Assembly (NCBI GenBank): GCA_964429225.1
Contig: CAYSAW010000001.1
Location: 10,091 to 74,090, forward strand
Length of the DNA stretch: 64,000 bases
Direction of reading: 5' to 3'
Origin: an uncultured bacterium
Lineage (GTDB): Bacteria; Armatimonadota; DTGP01; CAYSAW01
Part shown: in pieces, positions 9,027-17,808 of the stretch
Layout: each line of letters starts with the position of its first letter
Position numbering within the stretch: position 1 is the stretch's first letter
The notes under the pieces: model-generated
What the model was told of the DNA's origin: nothing
Database searches by the model: none
The model's input: the letters and a program-made list of their open reading frames with translations, nothing else
Program-made: the position numbers and the translations under genes

Positions 9027-10114
9027 GGGAGGGGACCTTGGAACCTGAAGAGGATCACACTGCACGAGACGATTACTTCCAGTTTGAAGCAGACTCCCTC
9101 GAGCAACTGCAAAAAATGCTGGAGGAGCTCGGTTTAGATGCCTCCGACCTCCATTGGCGGCACTCCCCTCCTGAAGAGCGTTTTGCGGGTTTAGATCCCG
9201 GAGTTCCTGAAACCGTTACCGGAGACATTCTCTCCGATGTTGCTCGAGAAGTCGAAGAGATCGCCCAGAATCTCCCTGAAGCTGAAGAGATCCCCGAGCC
9301 CTCCTGGGAGAGGGTAGACCAGATCCGCACTGGAAGGTCGGTCCCGGTTGGGGCTGCTTTGAGGCGTGCCCGACTCCGACAAGAGAAACTGATTCAAAGC
9401 GAGGGAGCCTATTATTATCTCCATCAAGCGATGATCGCCTCCCGATCGGAGGATCGTCAAATCGCTTTACAAGAGCTGGAGATTTTGGGTGCTCTCGATC
9501 ACTTGGCCCGAGTTGCGGAGCACTCTCCTCATCTGATCACCCGTAAGAACGCCGTGGACATCCTCTACCGGCTTAAGGCCGTCCCTCAACTTGAGGCGGT
9601 AGCTCTGTTCAGTAGACCCCCCCTCCTGAATGCTGTAAAGGGAAGACCGGAACTCTCGGAGGAGTTTAAGAGCCAATTTGGGGCCGAGTCGGGAACAGAC
9701 CCTCTCTATGATGAGGTGCAGATTCTTGCGGTTGACCGTTTGGCTCAGCTGGCTGATCAAGAAGTGGAAGGCGCCTTAGAGGCCCTCTTCCGGGTAGCTC
9801 GATACGATTTTACCCCCAATGCCCATGCGAGTTTCCGCGCCCTTCGCCGCCTTGGAGAGAGGATACCCTTGATTGAGCGCCGGAGAGATTTCGACGGCCT
9901 GGTTTTTCTCTACCATTACTGCCGATCCCGACGAATCCAAAACCTGGTGGTTCAAACGCTGGGTAAATATATCGAGGAGCTCGCCCAAAGACCTCATGAG
10001 GACGCCCTCCTCGTCCTCACCGAAGGCCCTCCCGAGCTCGCTGAGATCGCTGAAGAACTCCTGGATGCTCTTGAGCGAAATCACGAAGCTTCCCCCAACT
10101 CCCTCGGAGGCTAG
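9023..10114 (+). CDS. Hypothetical protein: acidic N-terminus plus HEAT-like helical repeats
   Basis: 363-aa ORF overlapping the yvcK stop by 4 nt; repeated amphipathic helices (ALQELEILG, AVDILYRL, AVDRLAQL, ALRRLG). Confidence 0.65.
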   Translation: MREGTLEPEEDHTARDDYFQFEADSLEQLQKMLEELGLDASDLHWRHSPPEERFAGLDPGVPETVTGDILSDVAREVEEIAQNLPEAEEIPEPSWERVDQIRTGRSVPVGAALRRARLRQEKLIQSEGAYYYLHQAMIASRSEDRQIALQELEILGALDHLARVAEHSPHLITRKNAVDILYRLKAVPQLEAVALFSRPPLLNAVKGRPELSEEFKSQFGAESGTDPLYDEVQILAVDRLAQLADQEVEGALEALFRVARYDFTPNAHASFRALRRLGERIPLIERRRDFDGLVFLYHYCRSRRIQNLVVQTLGKYIEELAQRPHEDALLVLTEGPPELAEIAEELLDALERNHEASPNSLGG

Positions 10115-12408
10115 ATACTAGAACCTTGCGATCGTAAGTTAGCCTCGGGAGAGGGCTTTCTCTCCCTAAAGCCTAGAGCCAAAGCCAAAGTGAGAAGAAG
10201 CCCAAGTAAACTTAGCCCTAAACCCCGCTTCCATCCCGGAGGCTCATATTCAAAGAGAACCTCTTTATCCCCCTCCCGAACCTCCACTTGTCTAAAAAGC
10301 GTATCGTATCTCCGGATCTCCAAGGAGCGTTTAGCTCCCTTCTCGGTGAGAGCATAAGCTCTCCAACCCGGTAGATAGGTTTCTCGAAAAAGGACCTTTC
10401 CAGGCCCTCTAAAGCCTTTAAGTACCGCTTGGTTGAACCCTTTCTGCCGGACTACCTTCAAAGGAATGCGGGTCCCTCCTCCCTGAGGAATAAACTCTGC
10501 AATAGGGGGAGATGCATTTACTTTGTAGAGACTCCCTTCAGGCCCTCTCAAAACCTCCTTAAAGCCTAGGGAAGAGGGGAGAGGAGGGTAGCCCGGAGGG
10601 ATTAAAAGAAACTGGACGGCGGTTTTCCTAAGGATCGGAGAAGTTAAACCGGTTGGCATAATCAGATTACCGTTAGTAAGAGGGCTTACATCTTTCCCCT
10701 GCCAACGGGAGAGGGTCTCCTTATATTCTTTAGAGTAGAGGGAGTTATAACCTTGGACATCCGGAAGGCGATAGATCAAAGCGGTGTTGGGGGGGAGGAT
10801 TGCCCGGGGAATTCCGCGTAAGGGCCAATGAGGATTGTAAGCAAGAATACGTCCGTTATCTAAGTGATGCTGAAGATACCGAATCAGAGCCGGTGTCCTC
10901 CGAAGCTCCTTCTCTGGGCCGATGAGGTTGTAATCGTACCAATTTAACCCTGCATCTCCTAAAAAGGCGCAGAGTATTAAAACATAGAAGAGGACTTCAG
11001 CACCCCTACGGAAGAGAACACCTACAAAACCGAGAAAAGCAAAAAGCAGATATTGTAAACAGGGGGCGAGCAGGAGGATCAAAGGGACCCTTGGGACAAG
11101 CGATGGAAGGGCCAAGGTAATACCGAGAAGAGGGGAGAGAAGGGTAACGAAAAGGGCCGAAACTACCTGGCGAGGAGAAGGTCTCTGGCTTAGAGTCTCA
11201 AAGCCTAAAGCAACTATCAGGGGAGCCATTAAGGAGAAGATGACGACCGCCCGGCTGGGCGATCCGAACCTAGAGAAGCCAGGGAGGAGGAAATAAAAAG
11301 GTGCATTTAGCAAGGTCCCTAGAGCGAGGAGGAGGCCGAAAACTGCGGTGATCAAGGGGGCCTTAACTCGCGGTTCCCTCCTCCAGGAGAGGAATCCACA
11401 AAAGAATAACCCCCAAGCCGGTGCTGGAAGTCCTGAGCAAAGCTCGGAGTACTCCCCAGGTCCCCAGTAGAGTCCTCGAGAGGGGTTTCCTAAAAAATTA
11501 GGGAGCCAGAAACGGACTAGTTGGTGCCAAGGATAGCTCAAACGGAGAAAAGCACGGTAGCTGTCCCAAGTCGCCACGGGTTGACGCGGGGAGAGGAGAG
11601 ATAGCTCATAGGCGGGTTGAAGAAGAACGCTAGCCAGTAAGAGACCACAGAAGAAACTCAGGAGAGAGTAGCCAATCGAAACAAACCTGGACCGAAAAGA
11701 AGGATTGGACTTTGTTCCTTCAAAGAAGGTTGCCAAAAGGAGGTATAAGAAGACCGCCAGCGTGGTGTAAAAAGCGATTTGCAGATGCCCTGCGAGAAAC
11801 ATCATGCCAAAGGATAAACTGCTTCCTAGGGTCTTCCAGCTCCGGGCGAAAGCGGACTTCTCTACCCAGAGGACAGCCAGGCCCCACACTGCGGTATTTA
11901 AGAAGTTAGGAAGGTGGAGCCAGGCGACGGTCCATCCGCCTAGCTGGAAGGAGAGGGCACCGAGGAGAGCGCTGAAAGGGGATAATCTGATGGCGCGGAG
12001 CCAACCATAACAGAAGAGGCCTGCGAGAATAAGATGAAAAAAGGCGCTCCATCCAAAGGCCCGTTGGACAGGAAGGAATCGGAAGAAGAGCTGATTAAAA
12101 GGATAGAGTACTGCAGACTGCACATCCGCTAAAAAGGGGGTGCCACAAAAGGAGTAGGGGTTCCAGAAAGCCAGAAGGGGGGATTCCTTCAGCAGGATTC
12201 GAGCGGGATAGAAGAACCCGATCGCATCCCACTGTAAGGGATTCCAAGTAATGTCGGGGCTGGGTCGACCCCAAGGGGCAAGAACTTTGAGGAGAGGGAG
12301 GGGAAGAAAAGAGTAACCCCCAAAGAGAGGGCGCCAAAGCCAGAGGAGAGGAACCAGAACTAGCGAGAGAAGGGAGAGGAAGTCTTGGTAGCGGTTTCGG
12401 GAGAGCGT
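10111..12408 (-). CDS. YfhO-family (GT-C-like) membrane glycosyltransferase
   Basis: FWNPYSFCGTPF..DVQSAVLYP motif, multiple TM helices, C-terminal RETYLPGWRA...EVLFEYEPPG. Frame is open 95 codons upstream of the called GTG (12123), up to an ACG at 12408. Confidence 0.8.
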   Translation of the reverse strand, partial: TLSRNRYQDFLSLLSLVLVPLLWLWRPLFGGYSFLPLPLLKVLAPWGRPSPDITWNPLQWDAIGFFYPARILLKESPLLAFWNPYSFCGTPFLADVQSAVLYPFNQLFFRFLPVQRAFGWSAFFHLILAGLFCYGWLRAIRLSPFSALLGALSFQLGGWTVAWLHLPNFLNTAVWGLAVLWVEKSAFARSWKTLGSSLSFGMMFLAGHLQIAFYTTLAVFLYLLLATFFEGTKSNPSFRSRFVSIGYSLLSFFCGLLLASVLLQPAYELSLLSPRQPVATWDSYRAFLRLSYPWHQLVRFWLPNFLGNPSRGLYWGPGEYSELCSGLPAPAWGLFFCGFLSWRREPRVKAPLITAVFGLLLALGTLLNAPFYFLLPGFSRFGSPSRAVVIFSLMAPLIVALGFETLSQRPSPRQVVSALFVTLLSPLLGITLALPSLVPRVPLILLLAPCLQYLLFAFLGFVGVLFRRGAEVLFYVLILCAFLGDAGLNWYDYNLIGPEKELRRTPALIRYLQHHLDNGRILAYNPHWPLRGIPRAILPPNTALIYRLPDVQGYNSLYSKEYKETLSRWQGKDVSPLTNGNLIMPTGLTSPILRKTAVQFLLIPPGYPPLPSSLGFKEVLRGPEGSLYKVNASPPIAEFIPQGGGTRIPLKVVRQKGFNQAVLKGFRGPGKVLFRETYLPGWRAYALTEKGAKRSLEIRRYDTLFRQVEVREGDKEVLFEYEPPGWKRGLGLSLLGLLLTLALALGFRERKPSPEANLRSQGSSI

Positions 12409-12848
12409 ACAGGACCTCCTTTAGCGGTTTGAAAGGAAGAGGATTTAGCACCCGCGGAGTGGGTTCCGTTGCCTGCAATGGCAAGCACTGATACTCCGAT
12501 CACGATGAAGATTAACCCAATCAAACGGTAAAGAGAAACCCTCTCCCCCAGAAGTGCCCAGGAGAGGAAGGTAACGAGAACATAGCTGATGCTTACCATC
12601 GGGTAAATCAGGCTTAAATCGGCCCTTTGGATGACGTAGAGGTAGAAGAGAGTGCTGGAGGCATAGCAGGCCAGCCCTAGGAGTACATAAGGCTGGGTAA
12701 AGATAATGCGCAGTACTCCCAGGGGATTTCCCGCTTTGGGAGCGTTACTCATCCCCGCTTTGAGAGCAATCTGGCCAAAGGAACCGAAGAGGAGGGCAAT
12801 AAGGAGGATCAAAAAGGGATGCTGAAGCCACCGAAGCCCATTAGACAC
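12360..12848 (-). CDS. EamA/SMR-like small 4-TM transporter (ArnE/ArnF-like flippase)
   Basis: GQIALKAG, DLSLIYPMVSISYV and LGERVSLYRLIGLIFIVIGV motifs. Confidence 0.78.
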   Translation of the reverse strand: MSNGLRWLQHPFLILLIALLFGSFGQIALKAGMSNAPKAGNPLGVLRIIFTQPYVLLGLACYASSTLFYLYVIQRADLSLIYPMVSISYVLVTFLSWALLGERVSLYRLIGLIFIVIGVSVLAIAGNGTHSAGAKSSSFQTAKGGPVRSPETATKTSSPFSR

Positions 12849-13476
12849 CGAGCAACTCCTTCGCTTTTTCTACAGCAGAGGCGGCGTCAGGAGCATAGCC
12901 GTCCGCACCAATCTCGTCCGCATACTCCTGGGTTACCGGAGCTCCTCCCACCATTACAATCACTCGATCCCGGATACCAGCCTCAAGGAAAGCCTTAATA
13001 GTATCTGCCATTGCGGGCATTGTGGTGGTGAGCAGAGCGGACATCCCTACGATTTGGGGTTGATGCTCGATAACCGCCTGCACAAACTTTTCCGGTTTGA
13101 CCTGAACCCCCAAATCTATAACTTGAAAACCGGCTCCTTCCATCATCATTCCCACCAGGTTTTTGCCGATATCATGGAGATCCCCTCGGACAGTACCTAG
13201 AACCACTTTGCCGATCGGTTTCGCTCCGGTCTCGGTTAAAAGGGGGCGGAGGACGGCCATCCCCGCTTTCATCGCCCGGGCCGAGAGCAGAACCTCGGGA
13301 ACAAAGTACTCCCCCTTTCTGAACTTATCTCCTACTACCGACATTCCCGCGATCAGGCCTTCGTTTAAGACCGTCATCACATCCATCCCCTCCTCCAGAG
13401 CCTTCTGGGTGAGGGTTTCCACTTCTTTATGTTTACCAATGATGAGATAATGAGCAATTTCTTGCAAAAGGTCCAT
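12841..13476 (-). CDS. Cobalamin-binding corrinoid protein (methyltransferase cognate)
   Basis: GEYFVPEVLLSARAMKAGM cap domain; GDLHDIGKNLV (DxHxxG); SALLTTT; VGGAPVT. Start probably 13476 or 13485. Confidence 0.92.
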   Translation of the reverse strand: MDLLQEIAHYLIIGKHKEVETLTQKALEEGMDVMTVLNEGLIAGMSVVGDKFRKGEYFVPEVLLSARAMKAGMAVLRPLLTETGAKPIGKVVLGTVRGDLHDIGKNLVGMMMEGAGFQVIDLGVQVKPEKFVQAVIEHQPQIVGMSALLTTTMPAMADTIKAFLEAGIRDRVIVMVGGAPVTQEYADEIGADGYAPDAASAVEKAKELLGV

Positions 13477-13566
13477 CTTTCTCATCCTCAGGTGCAAAAA
13501 AGTTCCCGGCCTCAAGGATCAAAGCCAGACCGGGAGGAGATCGGGAGGGAGGCTGACCCCTAATAA

Positions 13567-13935
13567 CTACTCGAGGAAAGCCATTTGTTTCATCGCTTCA
13601 GCATTGCCGGGGTCCAGCCGAAGAACTTCAAGAAACTCTTTTTTGGCCTCGTCGAAGTTGCCTAACATACAATAGGTCTTTGCTAGGTACAACCGGGCCT
13701 CAACCGAATCCGGATTCAACCCGACAGCCCTTCGGAGCTCTTCCAAGGACTCTTCAAAAAGCCCGATGAAACCATAAACTAGGCCCAAGTGCATATGGGC
13801 CTCGGCATGGTCCGGTTGTTCCTTAAGGACTTCTAGGAACTCGGCGATGGCTTCATCGTACTGGCCTTCGATTTTGTAATGCACTCCCCGGTTGAACCGC
13901 TCTTCAAGAGGTTCCTTTGCCGCTGTCACGCTCAC
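13567..13935 (-). CDS. Tetratricopeptide-repeat protein
   Basis: Three TPR motifs. GTG at 13935 follows a GGGAGG SD; the longer 14181 start overlaps a promoter and is unlikely. Confidence 0.82.
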   Translation of the reverse strand: MSVTAAKEPLEERFNRGVHYKIEGQYDEAIAEFLEVLKEQPDHAEAHMHLGLVYGFIGLFEESLEELRRAVGLNPDSVEARLYLAKTYCMLGNFDEAKKEFLEVLRLDPGNAEAMKQMAFLE

Positions 13936-14080
13936 TTTCTGCCTCCCTGGTCTCATCAAGGACAGATAATAAAAATAAGACCTTCCAGTGATGATCCTCC
14001 GAAAGGATATCCTCGTTCTAGCAGGATCAGGGAGGCGGTTTTCTCTCTCCTCCTGCAGTTCCAACCGGTGGTCTAAAACT

Positions 14081-14110
14081 AGTATAACACCCTCGTTCTC
14101 CAAATTGCAA
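14081..14110 (-). promoter_or_regulatory. Sigma70-type promoter candidate for TPR-corrinoid-EamA-YfhO genes
   Basis: TTGCAA-18bp-TATACT with TGn extension. Confidence 0.6.
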
Positions 14111-14237
14111 GGGATCGAACTGCTGAATCTGATCCTGTAAAGGATAGGGATGAAAGGAGGAACACTCTTAAGAGAGTCCATCCCCCCTTCTTGAATTTAT
14201 GCTAAGATAGTGTTAGTGAAACTAAAGGCACAAGATT

Positions 14238-16706
14238 TTGAAAAGGAGGGCCCTTAATACCGGAAAAATCCTAGAAAGGGAGTTAACGGATTTGGCGATG
14301 GAAGTTAAGACTTCTCAGGAGATAGAGACCTCCTCAGAGGAGGAAATCTCCTCCTTTGTTACCTGTATTAAAGATGATTCCGAACTGGATTTCTCTCTCC
14401 GCCCTTTCATCAAAATCACGTCCGACTTCTCCCGAAACAAGGTGGTCCTCCCTGATATAACTCACTTCTTTCGGGAGGCTCCCCGGCCGGTCCTGATGCC
14501 TGAATCCTTCTTGCTAGAGCTTCTTTACACCGCCTCCCATAAAACCCTTCGAGTAAGGACTCGCTATGCTACCCGCTTCCGGACGAGACGCTCTCGGCAA
14601 CAGGCAAAAACGGACCTCCTTCTGATGTTCTTCGCTAACCGAGCTCCTATTGGTTATCTCCAGGATTTCCTCTTTGAACTCTACCAGTATTCAGGGACTG
14701 ATGAAGAGATGCTGAGACTCCGGGAGGCGTTGTTTGAACTGTTGGAGGAGGAGGAGAAAGACCCAGGGCGCCTGGTTGGCTCGGGCTTCTATCTTGCCGA
14801 GGCCTTAAGAAAAGGGGAGAAAGATCTTTCTATTGCCCAAGAGTGGACGACCCCCTTCTGCTTGATCTCGGAGTACTTTTTAGCTCCCGCCCTGTTGTGG
14901 CGTCTCCGAAGGGAGGGTCTGCTCACTGAACAGGATGAAGCCACCCTTAAGCTCCTAGGAAAAGCAGGAAGAGTAGATCCTAGAACGAATGACCTCCTCA
15001 CCCAATATGTCCGCTTGCGAACTGTTCCCTGGAGGGAGGAGCATCGGGTAGCCCGGTACCTCCCTGATGGAGGAAAGGAGACCTCTTCTTATCCCGTTCT
15101 GGATTTGGTGATTGACCTCCTTTGGAACCCCCTCTCTCCGGAACACCCCTCTTTAAGCCGATTTGCGAGGGAAGGGGAATCTCTCGAAGATCTGCGCTTG
15201 CGTCTGAAGAGCTTGCTTCGGGACGTGGCGAGTATGGATATTATGTCGGCCCATGTCCTGAACCCAGGGTTCACTCATTATAAACCTCGGAAAATCAACC
15301 TGGCATTAGTCCGAGCGGTGGGAAGGGATGGGGTGAATAGCCTGATTCTTGTTACTTTTAAAGGGGATCAAGCCCTCCGCCGATCCCTGGTTCCTACTTG
15401 TATCCACCCCTCCATTCGAGAATTACGCCAATGCCCTCTTAACCACCAGCCCCGTTCTATTGAAGAACCTCCCGCCCGTTGGGCTAATCTAGAGGACGCT
15501 CGCTTAGATCTCTTCAAAGACCACGATGGCCGCTATAAGATCCACCTTACCTATACCGTAGCCGGTGATGATCTTATCCCTATCTTGGAGACTACTACTA
15601 TAGACGCAGAGCGGTTACTCAGCTACCTGGAGGAGGTTCCTTCAAAAGAGGTTCTTCAACCGGTTCCTGAAGAGCTTTGGGAGCGTATTGAAGCAAAACA
15701 CGCCCGGGTTATTTTTGAGACTTTTGAAAATCAAGAGCCTCCTTCTGCGCCTGCCGAACCTCCTTGTTCTCTCTTTATCATTGACCCAGTACATCCTCTT
15801 TTGATTCCGGAAAATCGGGAGATGTTGCTGAAATGGGGGCTTCCCCCGGAGGTTTACACCGATCCCCGAGCTACCGTGAAAGACGCTAGCCGGATGCGGC
15901 AAAAAATCCTGTTTGGCAATGAGATCCGGGAGGTAGACCTGTGGGAGTTTCGCTCTAAAAAAGGAGGTTACCATTTCCTCAATGCTCCCCTCTATCAAGG
16001 GCGATACCAAAACCCTGATCCCTCCTGGATTGGCCGAGTCGCTCTCGATCCCAGTACCCTCCGGATTGTCGCTATCCCCCTTATGCACGACGGGGAACGG
16101 TGGCGCTTTAAACCCTATCTGATCTCTGAGGACCGCTTCGCTTGGATTGGAGGCAGTTCTCAACGCGGCGTCGAAGAGATGGAGGTGGAAAACCCTGTCA
16201 CCGGAAAGAAAGAGGTCCTTTTAGTAGCGATGAACGTCATCCATACCACTCAACGGGTGGATCCCAAAGATCTCCCTCGCTGGCTACAACCCACTGAACC
16301 TCATCCCCAGGTGCCCTTATGGAAGTATGAACTTCGTTTAACCCTGGAGCTCAACCCTTTAGACCCCTTCGCAGAACCCCTCCTTTATGAAGGAGTGGCT
16401 TCCACCCCCTGGCGAATTGACGATTGGGTGGGTTGGGTAGGCCGAGTGAAGTTCAATAATAATTTCAGCGTGGTCTGCCTAGAAGAACGTCATCCCTCCC
16501 CTACCGGGCGACACCGAAGAGTCTTTGAATTCTTGATGGGAGGAGGAGACCATGTGATCCAACACGCTTGGTGCGACTTTGAGCGATTAACCCCCTTAAG
16601 CCTACATTGGGACGAGCAGGGAAATCTCCTCCTCCCTCCTTTTACTCCCTTTGTAAACCCCCAAACAGGGGAAATGTATCACCTCCCGGAAGAAAGCAAC
16701 GGATAA
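14238..16706 (+). CDS. Large protein with divergent GH130-like beta-propeller and ~335-aa unknown N-terminal region
   Basis: VLNPG...LVRAVGRDGVNSL, NLEDARL...HLTYTV, WIGG, VGRVKF and GGGDHVI match successive GH130 blades. Start may be ATG at 14298. Confidence 0.55.
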   Translation: MKRRALNTGKILERELTDLAMEVKTSQEIETSSEEEISSFVTCIKDDSELDFSLRPFIKITSDFSRNKVVLPDITHFFREAPRPVLMPESFLLELLYTASHKTLRVRTRYATRFRTRRSRQQAKTDLLLMFFANRAPIGYLQDFLFELYQYSGTDEEMLRLREALFELLEEEEKDPGRLVGSGFYLAEALRKGEKDLSIAQEWTTPFCLISEYFLAPALLWRLRREGLLTEQDEATLKLLGKAGRVDPRTNDLLTQYVRLRTVPWREEHRVARYLPDGGKETSSYPVLDLVIDLLWNPLSPEHPSLSRFAREGESLEDLRLRLKSLLRDVASMDIMSAHVLNPGFTHYKPRKINLALVRAVGRDGVNSLILVTFKGDQALRRSLVPTCIHPSIRELRQCPLNHQPRSIEEPPARWANLEDARLDLFKDHDGRYKIHLTYTVAGDDLIPILETTTIDAERLLSYLEEVPSKEVLQPVPEELWERIEAKHARVIFETFENQEPPSAPAEPPCSLFIIDPVHPLLIPENREMLLKWGLPPEVYTDPRATVKDASRMRQKILFGNEIREVDLWEFRSKKGGYHFLNAPLYQGRYQNPDPSWIGRVALDPSTLRIVAIPLMHDGERWRFKPYLISEDRFAWIGGSSQRGVEEMEVENPVTGKKEVLLVAMNVIHTTQRVDPKDLPRWLQPTEPHPQVPLWKYELRLTLELNPLDPFAEPLLYEGVASTPWRIDDWVGWVGRVKFNNNFSVVCLEERHPSPTGRHRRVFEFLMGGGDHVIQHAWCDFERLTPLSLHWDEQGNLLLPPFTPFVNPQTGEMYHLPEESNG

Positions 16707-16772
16707 ATCCTTTGGTAGTAATGGGAGAAGCTCTTTGATTCGGACTATCTTAAGCAAGAAGGGGAGAACAAA

Positions 16773-17555
16773 ATGACGATACCCATCGGCGAATTTGTAG
16801 AGAATCGGATTCTAGAAATTGGTAAAGGAATTTTTGTCCGCCAAGCTGTAGATAACTGCCTTTGGGCCAACTTGGAGGAGGGAGCAGTTGTTGTAGATAC
16901 CTTGGAAGACCCCCGTTTGGCCCCAATGATCGAAGAGAAGGTTCGGGAGACAACAGGCCTTCCTGTGAAATGGGTGATCAATACCCATTGGGATGCGGAC
17001 CATATTGCTGGAAACCCCTATTTTGCTCAAAAGGGAGCCGTCATTATTGCTCACTGCTCTTGTGCTCCGGCTACTACCACTCCTAACGGTAATCCCAACG
17101 TGGTCTTTGAGGAGAAGTATACTCTGCAATCGGGAAACCGAAGGGTAGAGATCGAATGGTTAGGGGGTACTCACACTTCCGCCGACTCTGTGATCTATTT
17201 CCCCTGGGCTAAAGTGCTTCACGTTGCCGACCTCTTTGGCTGGGGATTGTTTATGCAGAGGCAGATCAACCCCCAGCAAATCCGGAGGACTCAGCAAATT
17301 CTTGACCGCTTGCTTCAATACGATGCAGAGGTCGTAGTCTGTGGACATGGCCCCTTACTCACTTTAGACCACCTCCGTCGGTTTAAGGATTATTACCATC
17401 AGCTGATACAGGAAGTTCCCTCCCTCAAACGCCGGGGATTATCCTTGAATCAGGTTGAGGAGAGTCTCCCTCCCCCTGAGGATATGAGAACCTGGTGGCG
17501 CTTTGTGGATTGGAAGCATCATCGCAACTTAGAACGCCTTTATGAATCGCTCTAG
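16773..17555 (+). CDS. MBL-fold metallo-hydrolase (cyclase-like)
   Basis: VVVDT, INTHWDADH, GTHT.ADS, ADL and CGHGP motifs. Confidence 0.85.
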   Translation: MTIPIGEFVENRILEIGKGIFVRQAVDNCLWANLEEGAVVVDTLEDPRLAPMIEEKVRETTGLPVKWVINTHWDADHIAGNPYFAQKGAVIIAHCSCAPATTTPNGNPNVVFEEKYTLQSGNRRVEIEWLGGTHTSADSVIYFPWAKVLHVADLFGWGLFMQRQINPQQIRRTQQILDRLLQYDAEVVVCGHGPLLTLDHLRRFKDYYHQLIQEVPSLKRRGLSLNQVEESLPPPEDMRTWWRFVDWKHHRNLERLYESL

Positions 17556-17737
17556 AAGCCTTTTCAAAAAGAATTCTACTCACTTGTTGGAGGAAGTTGC
17601 ACTAGATGCCCAAAAGAGCGAATGATAAGGGGCAGTAGTGCAGACAGAAATTGCCGGCTTGTCAGGCTAAGGGGGGTTTGTGACCTGCTGGTGTCTCTGC
17701 TTCGGCAAGGGCAGAAGGAGGGTATAGAAGGTACATC

Positions 17738-17784
17738 AAAAACGGGGAGGCGGGGAAGAGGGTTCCTCTCCTTCCCTGCCTCCC
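17738..17784. terminator. Probable bidirectional intrinsic terminator between convergent genes
   Basis: 14-bp stem GGGAGGCGGGGAAG/CTTCCCTGCCTCCC; the A-run at 17738-17742 gives a U tail on the minus strand. Confidence 0.65.
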
Positions 17785-17808
17785 TAAGTTATAAACCGCT
17801 TTGAGAAA

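Noticed and set aside
13936-14181. N-terminal 82 codons of the 204-aa TPR ORF call
   Set aside because: Overlaps a promoter and structured UTR; a good SD supports the GTG at 13935.
17590-17650. TTGGGCA / TAGTGCAAC words resembling a c-di-GMP-II riboswitch
   Set aside because: Spacing and order do not fit, and there is no downstream gene to regulate.
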